Below, in pieces: positions 25,505 to 35,180 of a stretch of DNA of 64,000 bases. The stretch comes from an uncultured Bacillales bacterium (GTDB lineage: Bacteria; Bacillota_I; Bacilli_A; RFN20; CAG-288), in contig CALNAX010000069.1 of assembly GCA_937874465.1 (NCBI GenBank), positions 8,669-72,668 on the forward strand, written 5' to 3'. Position numbers and translations under genes: made by a program. Under the pieces are notes generated by a model that was not told the origin of the DNA, did no database searches, and saw nothing but the letters and a program-made list of their open reading frames with translations. Position 1 is the first letter of the stretch. Every line of letters begins with the position of its first letter.

Positions 25505-26395
25505 TTGCTTGGCCTACTTAAAGGTGGAGGGCTTAGGATGGAAGACCTTTGGACCCAGCGGAAGAAGAAGTTGGACCAGCTGCTGTTGCCTCTTTGCCCC
25601 AAAAGCTCCGACCTAGTCATGGAGATGGGGCTATGGGCCCACGGGAGGGAGATGTCCTTGCCCAAAGGCGGGGGAAGGGTGGTCTTTTCCCAGGCCTTAA
25701 GGGAGTTCGCCAAATGGCTTGCCATGAAAAGATATGGCTATGAAACGGAACGGGCGCTGAATGATGCCAGGAAGGGCCTTGCCACCTTCGGTCTTTTCCT
25801 GCCCGGTTCACGCGAGAAGGTCAAGGAGGGGTACCTCATGGCCAAGGAAGCCATGTCCTTGTTCGCAAATGGGCGAAGGCCTTTGGGAAGTTCCGTTAGG
25901 TCCGTGTGGTTCTTGGCCCGGCTGGCTCTCATCGGCAAGAGGGGTTTCAGTCCCGACGACCTTTGGCGGTTGAACCAGGGCCCAAGGCCTTTCGAAAGCC
26001 AGGCGTTTTTGGCCTTGGCCGCAAGGCTTGAGGACGACTTCGGCTTCAGGTTCCCGGGGCGGTGGCAGGCCAAACCCCTTCTTCCTTCATGCATGGGGGA
26101 GTATTTCTCGGAAGCAATGGACTTTGTCCTGGAAAGGCAGGGTCTCTCCCTGACCTCATCCTCCAACACCACACTTACCAAGAGGCTGTCTTTACGCTTC
26201 GCCAAGGCCCTGGCCAGCTCCTGTCTGGACGGGGAGGGGCGATTGCGAGAGCCGGTCTTGCAAAAGGTAATACTTTACTTCCCAATCCCCTCCGCATTCC
26301 TGATCCTTGACGTAAGGTCCTTCCTCCAGACCAGGAAGGCGGCAATTCCCCACGCCCTTTTGGCCCTAAAGTCCTATGGCCGGCGCCGTCTTTAG
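25505..26395 (+). CDS. hypothetical basic Arg/Leu/Phe-rich protein (orphan)
   Basis: 296-codon ORF with no competing credible ORF on either strand. No family motif recognised. The start could instead be MEDLW at 25538. Confidence 0.5.
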   Translation: MLGLLKGGGLRMEDLWTQRKKKLDQLLLPLCPKSSDLVMEMGLWAHGREMSLPKGGGRVVFSQALREFAKWLAMKRYGYETERALNDARKGLATFGLFLPGSREKVKEGYLMAKEAMSLFANGRRPLGSSVRSVWFLARLALIGKRGFSPDDLWRLNQGPRPFESQAFLALAARLEDDFGFRFPGRWQAKPLLPSCMGEYFSEAMDFVLERQGLSLTSSSNTTLTKRLSLRFAKALASSCLDGEGRLREPVLQKVILYFPIPSAFLILDVRSFLQTRKAAIPHALLALKSYGRRRL

Positions 26396-26415
26396 TGAAA
26401 AAGCCAGTGAGACCC

Positions 26416-26444
26416 TTGTTAATGGCAAGGTCCGGGCGTATATT
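26416..26444 (+). promoter_or_regulatory. promoter of the rplU-prp-rpmA operon
   Basis: TTGTTA (26416-26421), a 17-nt spacer, then TATATT (26439-26444). Confidence 0.6.
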
Positions 26445-26449
26445 AATTG

Positions 26450-26559
26450 AGCGTTGCAAGTCCTTCACTGACTACAACCGCCTTTTGTCGGCTTGAAAAG
26501 CCCAGTGGCTGCCGGACAAAAGCGAGTCTGAGTGAAAAAAAGAAGGAGGACGTACCAGG
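26450..26559 (+). ncRNA. structured 5' leader of rplU (possible L21-leader-type ribosomal autoregulatory element)
   Basis: About 110-nt leader with the hairpin CTTTTGTCGGC...GCCGGACAAAAG, in the position of the Firmicutes L21 leader. I cannot verify the covariance model by eye. Confidence 0.4.
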
Positions 26560-26871
26560 ATGTACGCAGTTATTGAGACCGGCGGCAAGCAACTCAAGGT
26601 TTCTGAAGGCGATACCGTCTATGTCGAGAAACTTCCCGTTGAGGAAGGCAAGGAAGTGGTGTTCGATAAGGTTTTGGGCGTATTCGATGGCGACAAGACC
26701 AAGATCGGCACTCCCTACGTTGAGGGCGCAAAGGTCACCGGGAAGGCCGTGAAGCAGGGTCGGGCGAAGAAAGTCATCATCATGAAGTTCCACAACAAGG
26801 TCAACTACCGTCGCAAGATCGGTCATCGTCAGCCTTACACCAAGGTCACCATCGAATCCATTACGCTCTGA
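26560..26871 (+). CDS. rplU: 50S ribosomal protein L21
   Basis: [18 protein letters not shown] start; 103 aa; GAAGGAGGA RBS. Confidence 0.96.
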   Translation: MYAVIETGGKQLKVSEGDTVYVEKLPVEEGKEVVFDKVLGVFDGDKTKIGTPYVEGAKVTGKAVKQGRAKKVIIMKFHNKVNYRRKIGHRQPYTKVTIESITL

Positions 26872-26873
26872 AG

Positions 26874-27188
26874 ATGATAAGGATCTTGGCTGAGACTAGG
26901 GATGGCAGGCTTGCCCGCTTGACCATCACGGGCCATGCGGGGTTCGCCGCGAAGGGCCAAGACATCTACTGCGCAGGTGTCTCCGCGGTCTTCCAGGGGG
27001 CAGTGAACTGCCTCGATGGTCCAGCGGATGACTACCTGGTCCAAGCCCAATCGGGTCTTGGCGAGATCCAGGTCAAAGGCGAGGTTGGTCAACACGATGC
27101 CACGGTTCTGGAAGTCCTCTATAGGGAGTTGAAAGACCTGGCAGCCAGTTATCCGGAGTACATAAGTTTCAAGGAGGAAACAAGATGA
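26874..27188 (+). CDS. prp: ribosomal-processing cysteine protease Prp (YsxB family)
   Basis: [20 protein letters not shown] carries the His/Cys dyad. The gene sits between rplU and rpmA. Confidence 0.88.
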   Translation: MIRILAETRDGRLARLTITGHAGFAAKGQDIYCAGVSAVFQGAVNCLDGPADDYLVQAQSGLGEIQVKGEVGQHDATVLEVLYRELKDLAASYPEYISFKEETR

Positions 27189-27502
27189 AGTTAGCAATAG
27201 ATTTGCAGCTGTTCGCCTCGAAGAAGGGTGTCAGCTCGACCAAGAACGGCCGCGATTCTGCCGGCCGCCGTTTGGGAGCCAAGCTCTACGATGGCCAGTT
27301 TGCCCATGCGGGCTCGATCATCTATCGTCAGCGTGGCACCAAGGTGCATGCCGGTCTCAACGTCAAGAGGGCCGGCGATGACACCTTGTTCGCCATGGTC
27401 GATGGGTACGTTAAGTATGAGAAACTGGATTCCAAGAGGAAGAAGGTCTCCGTTCTCCCCAAGACGGAGAACAAGCCCCAGGCTGAGCCGGTCAAGGCCT
27501 AG
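27185..27502 (+). CDS. rpmA: 50S ribosomal protein L27 with an N-terminal propeptide
   Basis: [11 protein letters not shown] | [20 protein letters not shown]: a 11-aa extension ending LQLFA, ahead of the conserved mature N-terminus. Confidence 0.96.
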   Translation: MKLAIDLQLFASKKGVSSTKNGRDSAGRRLGAKLYDGQFAHAGSIIYRQRGTKVHAGLNVKRAGDDTLFAMVDGYVKYEKLDSKRKKVSVLPKTENKPQAEPVKA

Positions 27503-27535
27503 CTTTGGAGTCGCATCTATTTTACTGAGGTTTTT

Positions 27536-27564
27536 GGGGGCCCTTGATGGTCCCCTTTGTTTTT
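27536..27564 (+). terminator. intrinsic terminator/attenuator between rpmA and obg
   Basis: GGGGGCC-cttgat-GGTCCCC (7 bp including one G-U pair) followed by TTTGTTTTT. Confidence 0.65.
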
Positions 27565-27579
27565 GGGCGGAGGTGCCAG

Positions 27580-28860
27580 ATGATCGACAGGGTTAAGGTG
27601 GTTTTAATAGCCGGCAATGGCGGCGATGGGAAGATGGCTTTCCTGCACGAAAAGGGGAAGGCCTTGGGAGGTCCCGCCGGTGGCAATGGCGGGAAGGGCG
27701 GAAACATCTACGTAAAGGCCAGGGAAGGATTGAACTCCCTTAGTGCCTATCGCTTTGGCAAGACCATCAAGGCGCCCGCCGGGGAGAACGGCCACGAGAA
27801 GAACATGTACGGCAGGGATGCACCCGACGTCGTCCTTGAAGTGCCCATCGGCACGGTGGTAAAGGACTTTTCGACGGGAGTCGTTTTGGCGGATTTGAAG
27901 GAAGATGGCAAGTCGTATCTAGCCGTAAGGGGTGGGAGAGGCGGCAAAGGCAACCACTGTTTCGCCAACAGCGTCCGAAAATCCCCCAAGTTCTTCGAGA
28001 TAGGGCAGCCGGGGGAGGAGAAGGCTTTCTATTTCGAACTGCGCCTTTTGGCCGACGCCGGCTTGGTCGGCCTCCCCAATGCCGGTAAGTCCACTTTCCT
28101 CGGGAAGGTGACCAATGCCAAACCCAAGATCGCGGCCTATCCTTTCACGACCCTCCAGCCGCAGTTGGGCACGGTGGAATTGGGAGACGATGAGTCCTTC
28201 GTATTGGCCGACCTTCCAGGCCTGATCGAAGGCGCGCATTCCGGCCGGGGGTTGGGCATCGCCTTTTTGCGCCACATCGAAAGGTGCCGGGTCATAGTCC
28301 ATGTCGTTGACCTGACTTCCGAGGATCCCTATGGCGATTTCGTCACCATAAACAAGGAACTGGGGGATTACAGCCTTGGCCTTTTGAAGCGCCCGATGTT
28401 CGTGGCCCTAAACAAGGTCGACTTGCTTTCCGATCCCAAGGGGGCCGTGGCGGCCTTCAAGGCCAAAGCCGGCGGGGAATACTCGATCTATCCCATCTCC
28501 GCCTTGACGGGTGCCGGCCTCAAGCCGCTGCTCAGGGCCGTGTTCGAGAAGCTGAAGGTCACTCCGACCTTCCCCCTTTCCGAGGATTACGCCAACCCGT
28601 CTGGCAAGGTCTATACCCTTAGGCCCGAGGACCAACCCGCTTCCTTTACCATCAAGAAACTCGAGCCTTCGGTCTACAAGGTCGAGGGGGAAGCGCTCCT
28701 CAACCGCTTCCAGCGTCTCTCTTTGGAAGGGGATGCCGGGATGGACAAAGTGCTGGCCTTTTTGGAGAAGACTGGCATCGACCAGAAGCTACACGAGATG
28801 GACGTCGAGGATGGGGCGACCATCAAGGTCGGCTCCTTCGAGTTCAACTATTCGCGTTGA
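27580..28860 (+). CDS. obg: GTPase Obg/CgtA
   Basis: MIDRVKVVLIAGNGGDGKMAF, a Gly-rich Obg fold (GGPAGGNGGKGGN), G1 motif GLPNAGKST, DLPGLIEGA and a C-terminal OCT-like domain. GGCGGAGG RBS. Confidence 0.95.
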   Translation: MIDRVKVVLIAGNGGDGKMAFLHEKGKALGGPAGGNGGKGGNIYVKAREGLNSLSAYRFGKTIKAPAGENGHEKNMYGRDAPDVVLEVPIGTVVKDFSTGVVLADLKEDGKSYLAVRGGRGGKGNHCFANSVRKSPKFFEIGQPGEEKAFYFELRLLADAGLVGLPNAGKSTFLGKVTNAKPKIAAYPFTTLQPQLGTVELGDDESFVLADLPGLIEGAHSGRGLGIAFLRHIERCRVIVHVVDLTSEDPYGDFVTINKELGDYSLGLLKRPMFVALNKVDLLSDPKGAVAAFKAKAGGEYSIYPISALTGAGLKPLLRAVFEKLKVTPTFPLSEDYANPSGKVYTLRPEDQPASFTIKKLEPSVYKVEGEALLNRFQRLSLEGDAGMDKVLAFLEKTGIDQKLHEMDVEDGATIKVGSFEFNYSR

Positions 28861-28908
28861 AACTGTCGTTCAACCATATAATACTTGTGGAAAAGGAGTC
28901 CTTTTGGA

Positions 28909-29475
28909 ATGTACTATTACCTTAAAGGCGTCGTGACCATCCATTTGAAGGATTCCATAGTGCTTGAGGTGAACGGCATTGGCTACCAGGTTTTGGTGTC
29001 CCATCCAAACGACTACGACCTGGGCAGCACCATCAGGGTCTACACCTCCCTGTATGCCCGTGACGACACCCAGTTCCTGGTCGGTTTCTCGACCTTTGCC
29101 GAGAAGGCCATCTACGAGAAGCTGATAACCGTAAAGGGCGTGGGACCCCATATGGCCATGACCGTCTTGGGCGGAGCCTCGGTGGAGCGGATAAAGGAAG
29201 CAATCGACAATTCGGACGTGCTTTTCTTGAAGCGCCTACCCGGGATCGGGCCCAAGACGGCCAGTCAGATCGTTTTGGATCTCCGGGGCAAGCTTACCCT
29301 CCCCGAAGGTTCGGCCAGTGGCGACAAGAATCTCGACGATGCCCTCATCGGCTTGCGCAACATGGGCTTTGGCGCCGAGGAGGTCGCCCGGGTGGCGGAC
29401 CAGATTCCCGACCGGGGGCTTACTACCGAAGAATACCTGCAGAGGGCCTTGGCATTGATCGGACGCGGGAAGTGA
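28909..29475 (+). CDS. ruvA: Holliday junction helicase subunit RuvA
   Basis: MYYYLKGVV...NGIGYQV start and HhH motifs (GVGPHMA, LPGIGPKTA). Confidence 0.9.
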   Translation: MYYYLKGVVTIHLKDSIVLEVNGIGYQVLVSHPNDYDLGSTIRVYTSLYARDDTQFLVGFSTFAEKAIYEKLITVKGVGPHMAMTVLGGASVERIKEAIDNSDVLFLKRLPGIGPKTASQIVLDLRGKLTLPEGSASGDKNLDDALIGLRNMGFGAEEVARVADQIPDRGLTTEEYLQRALALIGRGK

Positions 29476-29481
29476 CCGAAG

Positions 29482-30498
29482 ATGGGTGCCATTGAGAGCC
29501 AAAGCCTGGTCAGGGATCTTGAGGAGAAGGGCGACGACAAGGACCTGACGCTGCGACCCAAGACCTTGGCGGAATATATCGGGGAGACGGAGGCCAAGAA
29601 ATCCCTGGCCATCTACATCGCCGCGGCCAGGAAACGCGGTGAGAGCATGGACCATGTGCTGCTCTATGGTCCTCCCGGCCTCGGCAAGACCACCATGGCC
29701 CATGTGATCGCCAACGAATTGGGGGCCGGCATAAGGACGGCGGCTGGGCCTGCCTTGGCAAGGCCTGGAGATCTGGCCTCGATCCTTTCGAGCCTCAACG
29801 CCGGTGACGTCCTTTTCATCGACGAGATACATAGGCTTCCCAAGGCGGTGGAGGAGGTGCTCTATTCCGCCATGGAGGACTACACCCTTTCGGTGGTGGT
29901 AGGCAAGGACGAACAGGCCCGCACCGTGGATGTCATGCTTAAGCCCTTCACCTTGATTGGTGCGACAACAAAGGCCGGCTCCCTGTCCCAGCCTTTGCGC
30001 GACCGGTTCGGGATAACGGTCAAGCTCGAGTACTATGATGAGGACGAACTCGTGCAGATCATCCTTCGCACGGCCCGCTTCTTCGCCTTTTCCATAGACA
30101 AGTCGGCTGCCTATGACCTTGCCAGGAGAGCCCGGGGGACACCCCGGATCGCCAATAGGCTCTATAGGCGGGTCAGGGATTTCGCCTCCATTTCCGGCAT
30201 GGACCACATCGACGAGGTGATAACGGATAGGACCATGGAAGCGCTCGGCATAGATTCCCTGGGGTTGGATGGTGCGGACCGGAAGATCCTTAAGGTCATG
30301 ATCGACCGGTTCAAGGGTCGTCCAGTCGGGGTGAACGCCATCGCGGCGGCGGTGGGGGAAGAGGCCGAAAACATCTTGGATGTCTATGAGCCCTATCTCA
30401 TCCAGGCCGGGTTGGTCGACAGGACGCCCCGGGGGCGGGTCCCTACCAAGAAGGCCTACGAGCATCTGGGACGGATCTATCCGGCCCTATTAAGTTGA
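29482..30498 (+). CDS. ruvB: Holliday junction helicase RuvB
   Basis: [12 protein letters not shown], Walker [22 protein letters not shown] and [10 protein letters not shown]. Confidence 0.96.
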   Translation: MGAIESQSLVRDLEEKGDDKDLTLRPKTLAEYIGETEAKKSLAIYIAAARKRGESMDHVLLYGPPGLGKTTMAHVIANELGAGIRTAAGPALARPGDLASILSSLNAGDVLFIDEIHRLPKAVEEVLYSAMEDYTLSVVVGKDEQARTVDVMLKPFTLIGATTKAGSLSQPLRDRFGITVKLEYYDEDELVQIILRTARFFAFSIDKSAAYDLARRARGTPRIANRLYRRVRDFASISGMDHIDEVITDRTMEALGIDSLGLDGADRKILKVMIDRFKGRPVGVNAIAAAVGEEAENILDVYEPYLIQAGLVDRTPRGRVPTKKAYEHLGRIYPALLS

Positions 30499-30506
30499 TT
30501 ACTAGG

Positions 30507-30535
30507 TTGAATGAGCCGGAAGTTTCCTATATATT
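30507..30535 (+). promoter_or_regulatory. candidate promoter of secDF
   Basis: TTGAAT (30507-30512), a 17-nt spacer, then TATATT (30530-30535). Confidence 0.45.
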
Positions 30536-30594
30536 AGTAAGGCTATTATCAAGCCCCAGTAGGACATGGTTTACGCATAACGGGAGGATGGCAC

Positions 30595-33378
30595 ATGAGA
30601 CGTTTGTGGGCATTCCTGACGATGCTTATATCGCTTGTTATCGGTTTGGGTTTCATCGCCCAGCCGATTGTCGACGAGACTAATGTTTCCGGTGAGTTCT
30701 CGAACGGTATGTCCGTGGTCTACCAGATCAGCCGGGAAGCCAATGGGGATTCCCTTGATTCCATCGATGTCGCCGGGGCCTTGAACGACAGGCTCGATAC
30801 CGCTGGCGTTAGGGGTGCCAAGGTCGAGATCATGTCTGCCGATTCCGGATACGATGGCAATTCCGATAGCGACTTCACTTCCGGCGAGACCGAGATGGTA
30901 AGGATATCCTTCTCGGACAAGTCCGATCTCGAGCTGTCCGATCTGAGAAGGGTCTTGGAGGGGAATGGCGAATTGGCCATCACCACCGCCGACAACTATG
31001 TGTTGGAAGGTGACGATTTCTTCGCCGATACGCCTGCGACTTTGGAATATGACGACAGCGGCAATCCCTTCGTGGCCATCCACCCGACCGATACCGATGC
31101 CTGGACTGAGGTCTCCGACCATCTCTCCACCCTGACCGACGACACCGAGAAGACCCGTGTGCTGATTTGGCGCGGATACGACAAAGACAACGACACCTAT
31201 GACAAGGTATATAACGACGATTACGATGACATCGACCAGCTGGTGAAGGACAAGGTGGTGGTGGTATTGGATACCTCCTCGGCCTATGATTCGACCGAGA
31301 ACTACCTGAAGGTTACCTCCGACACTTCCTGGGATGTCTTCACTTCCCGGGTGCCTTGGTCCATCGATGGCGAATCGACCGATTTCACCATCTCGTCCGC
31401 TAGGGCCCTGGTCAACTCCCTGAATGCCTCCGACTATGGCTTCGACATAACCTTCCAGTACACCGCCACCACTTCGGCCACCTTGGGCACCGATGCCATT
31501 TACTGGGCCATCGGCGGCTTCTTGGGCGCTTACCTTCTGGCTTTCGTGGCCTTGATAGTCCTCTATGGCTTGGCCGGGTTGATCTCCTTCGTGACCAATG
31601 CCTCGGGCCTCATGCTTTCGATCTACCTTTCTTCCTTCGTCGGCTTTGAGTTCTCAATCGCCTATTTGTTGGGTTTGGGCCTGGTGGCGATTCTGGGCAT
31701 ATTGGTTACAGTCAACTACTTCGAAAGGGTCAAGAACGAACTGCGGAAGGGGCGTTCGATAGACAAGGCGAACAAGGAAGGTTACCGTAAGTCCTTCAAG
31801 CTTACCCTCGATCTGACCGCCAGCGCCTTCTTCGTCTCCCTGTTTTCCTTCCTCGTGGCCCGGGGCATGACCAAGGTCGGCTTTGGCGTCATCGTCGTCG
31901 GCTCGATATTCGTCTTCCTGGTGGTAAACTACCTGACCAAGTGGTTGATGTACTGGCTCACCAGCTATGCCAAGACCGGAAGTCCCAAGTTGGTGTTTGG
32001 CTTCAGGCTTGACAGGGAGCGTCCCCTCTACGATGCCCAGGCCGAGCTTTCGAAAGAGGTCTTGCCCGACAGGGCCTTGGCCCATGACAAGGCTATTAAG
32101 TCCAAGTCCCGCAATTGGGGAATCTTGGCCGCGGCCGTGAGCCTGATCTTTTTGGGCGGGATTACCTATTACGGTATTACCGGTGGGGTCGATTCCTTCT
32201 TCAACGCCAGCGGCGATTACGCCTCCAACTACAGGGTCGACATGATGACCACGGCGACCGGTTACCTTTCCGCCGATGGGAAGGACGTCGATTTCAATTC
32301 CGCCGCCGACATTGTCTCCTACCTGGAAGAGAAGGTCTTGGACCAGGCTGCCCAAGAATATACCGACATCAACGGGAATTCGAATCCCCTGTCCTTGGCT
32401 GAATATGAGGAAAAGGTCGGACTCGACTTCTCCGACAGTTCCTTCTACATCACGGAGGTGGAGACCAATACCGCCGAGACGGACGATCCGACCTTCGATG
32501 TCATCTACGTCTCCTTCTCGATGCCCGTCCTTTCTGATGACAGCGTCAACGAACAGAGGATCGAGGCCTTCGACCTGATCGGCGATGCCATGAACGACTT
32601 GATCACCGAGAACGGCTACAGTGCCGCCTTGGAGAACATCAGCGTGGCCGATTCGGCCAAGCCCGATGAGCTCCAGGATCGCTACACGCCCTATGTGAGG
32701 GTGGGCGAGGCCGTTTCCGGGAACATCTCCCATGACAACGAATGGCTGTCGATAGTGCTGACGCTTTTGGTTGTCTTCGCCGCCGTTTATGCCGGCATCA
32801 GGTATGGCCTTTCGGCTGGCTTGGTCTCCTTCTTCTCCGGTTTCGTGGCGGTGTTGGCTGGCTTGGCCTTCCTGGTCATCTCCCGCGTTCCCTTCACCTC
32901 CATTACCGGTTATGGGTTGATAGGCGCCGGTCTGTTTGCCACCGTCCTTCCTCTGCTTTCTTTCGCCCGCAATCGGGAACTGCTAAAGGATGGCAGGGTC
33001 ATACGGACGGCTTCCAAGGAGTTGCGTCTCGAGTACTTCCTCAAGGCTACCGGCATCTCGCTGCCCATATTCGCGGTGGCCGGGGGTTGCTTGATCCTGG
33101 TCAGCATCCTTGGTTCTTCCCTGTTTGGGGGAAGTGTGTACGGCTTGGGGTTGACCCTGTTCGTCGGAGGGTTGGTGGGTTGGTCGTTCACGGTGTTCGG
33201 CTTGCCTTACATGTATGTCTCCCTGAGGTCGGCGATGAAGTTCCAGTGGTACAAGGACAAGGTTTCTAAGTATCGGGCCAAGCATCCCAAGAGACCGGGC
33301 AAGAGGCAAATCACGGCCGATCCCAACGAGGCCCGGGAGACGGTCGTGCCGGGCATAAACGATTATCGCAATTTCTAG
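30595..33378 (+). CDS. secDF: fused protein-export membrane protein SecDF
   Basis: 927 aa. An N-terminal TM is followed by a large acidic extracytoplasmic domain, a 5-TM block, a second extracytoplasmic domain and a second 5-TM block (SecD then SecF topology). GGGAGGA RBS. Confidence 0.85.
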   Translation: MRRLWAFLTMLISLVIGLGFIAQPIVDETNVSGEFSNGMSVVYQISREANGDSLDSIDVAGALNDRLDTAGVRGAKVEIMSADSGYDGNSDSDFTSGETEMVRISFSDKSDLELSDLRRVLEGNGELAITTADNYVLEGDDFFADTPATLEYDDSGNPFVAIHPTDTDAWTEVSDHLSTLTDDTEKTRVLIWRGYDKDNDTYDKVYNDDYDDIDQLVKDKVVVVLDTSSAYDSTENYLKVTSDTSWDVFTSRVPWSIDGESTDFTISSARALVNSLNASDYGFDITFQYTATTSATLGTDAIYWAIGGFLGAYLLAFVALIVLYGLAGLISFVTNASGLMLSIYLSSFVGFEFSIAYLLGLGLVAILGILVTVNYFERVKNELRKGRSIDKANKEGYRKSFKLTLDLTASAFFVSLFSFLVARGMTKVGFGVIVVGSIFVFLVVNYLTKWLMYWLTSYAKTGSPKLVFGFRLDRERPLYDAQAELSKEVLPDRALAHDKAIKSKSRNWGILAAAVSLIFLGGITYYGITGGVDSFFNASGDYASNYRVDMMTTATGYLSADGKDVDFNSAADIVSYLEEKVLDQAAQEYTDINGNSNPLSLAEYEEKVGLDFSDSSFYITEVETNTAETDDPTFDVIYVSFSMPVLSDDSVNEQRIEAFDLIGDAMNDLITENGYSAALENISVADSAKPDELQDRYTPYVRVGEAVSGNISHDNEWLSIVLTLLVVFAAVYAGIRYGLSAGLVSFFSGFVAVLAGLAFLVISRVPFTSITGYGLIGAGLFATVLPLLSFARNRELLKDGRVIRTASKELRLEYFLKATGISLPIFAVAGGCLILVSILGSSLFGGSVYGLGLTLFVGGLVGWSFTVFGLPYMYVSLRSAMKFQWYKDKVSKYRAKHPKRPGKRQITADPNEARETVVPGINDYRNF

Positions 33379-33390
33379 TTTGGCAAAGAG

Positions 33391-33419
33391 AGCCGGGCCC
33401 GCTGCCCGGCTTTTGGTTT
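33391..33419 (+). terminator. intrinsic terminator after secDF
   Basis: AGCCGGGC-ccgct-GCCCGGCT followed by TTTGGTTT. Confidence 0.8.
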
Positions 33420-33429
33420 AGGGGGCTTC

Positions 33430-35151
33430 ATGACATTCTACGAGAAACTGCTTGAGACATTGGGCCTTGACGAGGTCGGCCTTTTGGCCCGGGAGAAGAC
33501 CGGGGCTTCTGACGGGGAACTTTGGGGCCTTACCGGTAGGGATGACAACGGGGCGTTGGCCTCCTTTCCGGATGACTTCCGAAAGGCGGTCGCGTTTCTA
33601 GAGGACGAGATCATAAGCGGGAAGAAGATCGTCGTCTATGGCGACTATGACGTGGATGGCATAACGGCCACCGCGATAATGGTGATGGCCTTGAGGCTTT
33701 TGGGCCTTGGGAAGAACGTGGGGTTCTACATCCCTTCCCGCTACGATACCGGTTATGGCTTGAATACCCAGGTATTGAAGAAGATGGCCTCGAGGGGCTA
33801 CGGTTTGCTCATAGCGGTCGACAATGGCATAACCAAGGGGAAGGAATGCGAGTTCCTGGCTTCCAAGGCCATCCGGTACCTGATTTTGGATCACCACGAG
33901 GAACAGAAGGGGGCGACCCCAAGGTTTGGCCCGGGTCTTGGCGCGATGTATCACCGCAACGATGTCTCGGCGGCTTTCCTGAGCCTGGCTGTCGCCCGGG
34001 AGGTCTTGGGGGACGAAAGACTAAGGACGAAACTCGAGGCCCAGGGGTTCAAGGTAAAGCCCCGGGGGGTTGTCAATGATTTCTTGCCCTATTTGGTTAC
34101 CCTGGCTGGTCTGGCCGTCTTTTCGGACTGCATGCCCCTTTCTAATCCCTATGACCTGTCCTTGGCAAAGAGGGGCTTGGCTGACCTCAACGAGGGGCTA
34201 AAAGGCAAATTCCCCTCTTCCCTACCCTACTTCCAGCGTCTCACCTTCCTGATAGACGGTTACGGGGAACGGCAGGAAGTCACCTACGAGGACATCAACT
34301 TTGCCATAAATTCCAAGATTAATTCCGTGGCCCGGGTTTGGGGTGGGCTCCGGACAAACATCGGAGCCTATTTCCTTTTGGACGAGAATCAGGTAAGGGC
34401 CAAGGCCCTGGCCCAGGCCATTGGCCAGGCCAACGAAGAGAAGAAGGCCATAGTCCATCGCTACGTAAATGGCCTTTCCGTTCCCCAGGAGTCAAACCTG
34501 GTCGTCTTGGACCTGACCCAGGAGGAGCGCCAAGTGCCGGCGGGCCTATCCGGCTTGATCGCCAACACGGTCCTGGACGGGCTAAGGGAGAAGAAGCCGG
34601 TGATGGTCCTTTGCCCTTCGGGAATCGGTGAGGGGGACCTTGTCGGCTCCCTTAGGGGCCCCGGGGGGATAAGGCTGGACCTGGCCTTGGATTCCCCAAT
34701 GATAAAGCCTCTATTGAAAGATCACGGGGGTCATGAATCCGCGTGTGGCTTCACCCTCCCTAAGGCTTATAAGGATCGGTTCTTGCGACTTATGGAAGAG
34801 GTAATCGCCGCCTCCCCAAATGGGGTGAAGGGCGACCTCACCATGGCGATAGCCGAGGAATGGGTTTCCCCTTCCTCCCTTTCGGCCCTAAGGAGCCTGG
34901 AACCGTTCGGGACGGGCTTCCCCTGCCCCAAGTTCGCACTCACCTTGGCACGGGAGAGGCTCGTCAGGGGAATCAGGGGCAACCATGTGTTCTTGCCCTT
35001 GGCTGGCGGGGGTAAGCTTGCGATGTTCAACTGCGCCGACCTGATCGCCGCCTCCCCAGCGGATCGGATTACCTGCCTTGGGAGCATCAGGGAGCATTCC
35101 TTCGATGGGCTAAGCGAGGTCCAGCTCGTTGCCAAGCCTGGGAATTCCTGA
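33430..35151 (+). CDS. recJ: single-stranded-DNA-specific exonuclease RecJ
   Basis: DHH motifs VVYGDYDVDGITA, LIAVDNG and LDHHE, plus a DHHA1 region with GGHESACGF. Confidence 0.9.
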   Translation: MTFYEKLLETLGLDEVGLLAREKTGASDGELWGLTGRDDNGALASFPDDFRKAVAFLEDEIISGKKIVVYGDYDVDGITATAIMVMALRLLGLGKNVGFYIPSRYDTGYGLNTQVLKKMASRGYGLLIAVDNGITKGKECEFLASKAIRYLILDHHEEQKGATPRFGPGLGAMYHRNDVSAAFLSLAVAREVLGDERLRTKLEAQGFKVKPRGVVNDFLPYLVTLAGLAVFSDCMPLSNPYDLSLAKRGLADLNEGLKGKFPSSLPYFQRLTFLIDGYGERQEVTYEDINFAINSKINSVARVWGGLRTNIGAYFLLDENQVRAKALAQAIGQANEEKKAIVHRYVNGLSVPQESNLVVLDLTQEERQVPAGLSGLIANTVLDGLREKKPVMVLCPSGIGEGDLVGSLRGPGGIRLDLALDSPMIKPLLKDHGGHESACGFTLPKAYKDRFLRLMEEVIAASPNGVKGDLTMAIAEEWVSPSSLSALRSLEPFGTGFPCPKFALTLARERLVRGIRGNHVFLPLAGGGKLAMFNCADLIAASPADRITCLGSIREHSFDGLSEVQLVAKPGNS

Positions 35152-35180
35152 CAAAATAGATACCTGAAGCAGGAACCACA

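Noticed and set aside
27640-27720. Glycine-rich repeat (GGPAGGNGGKGGN) in the obg 5' region
   Set aside because: This is the normal glycine-rich Obg fold, not a low-complexity anomaly.
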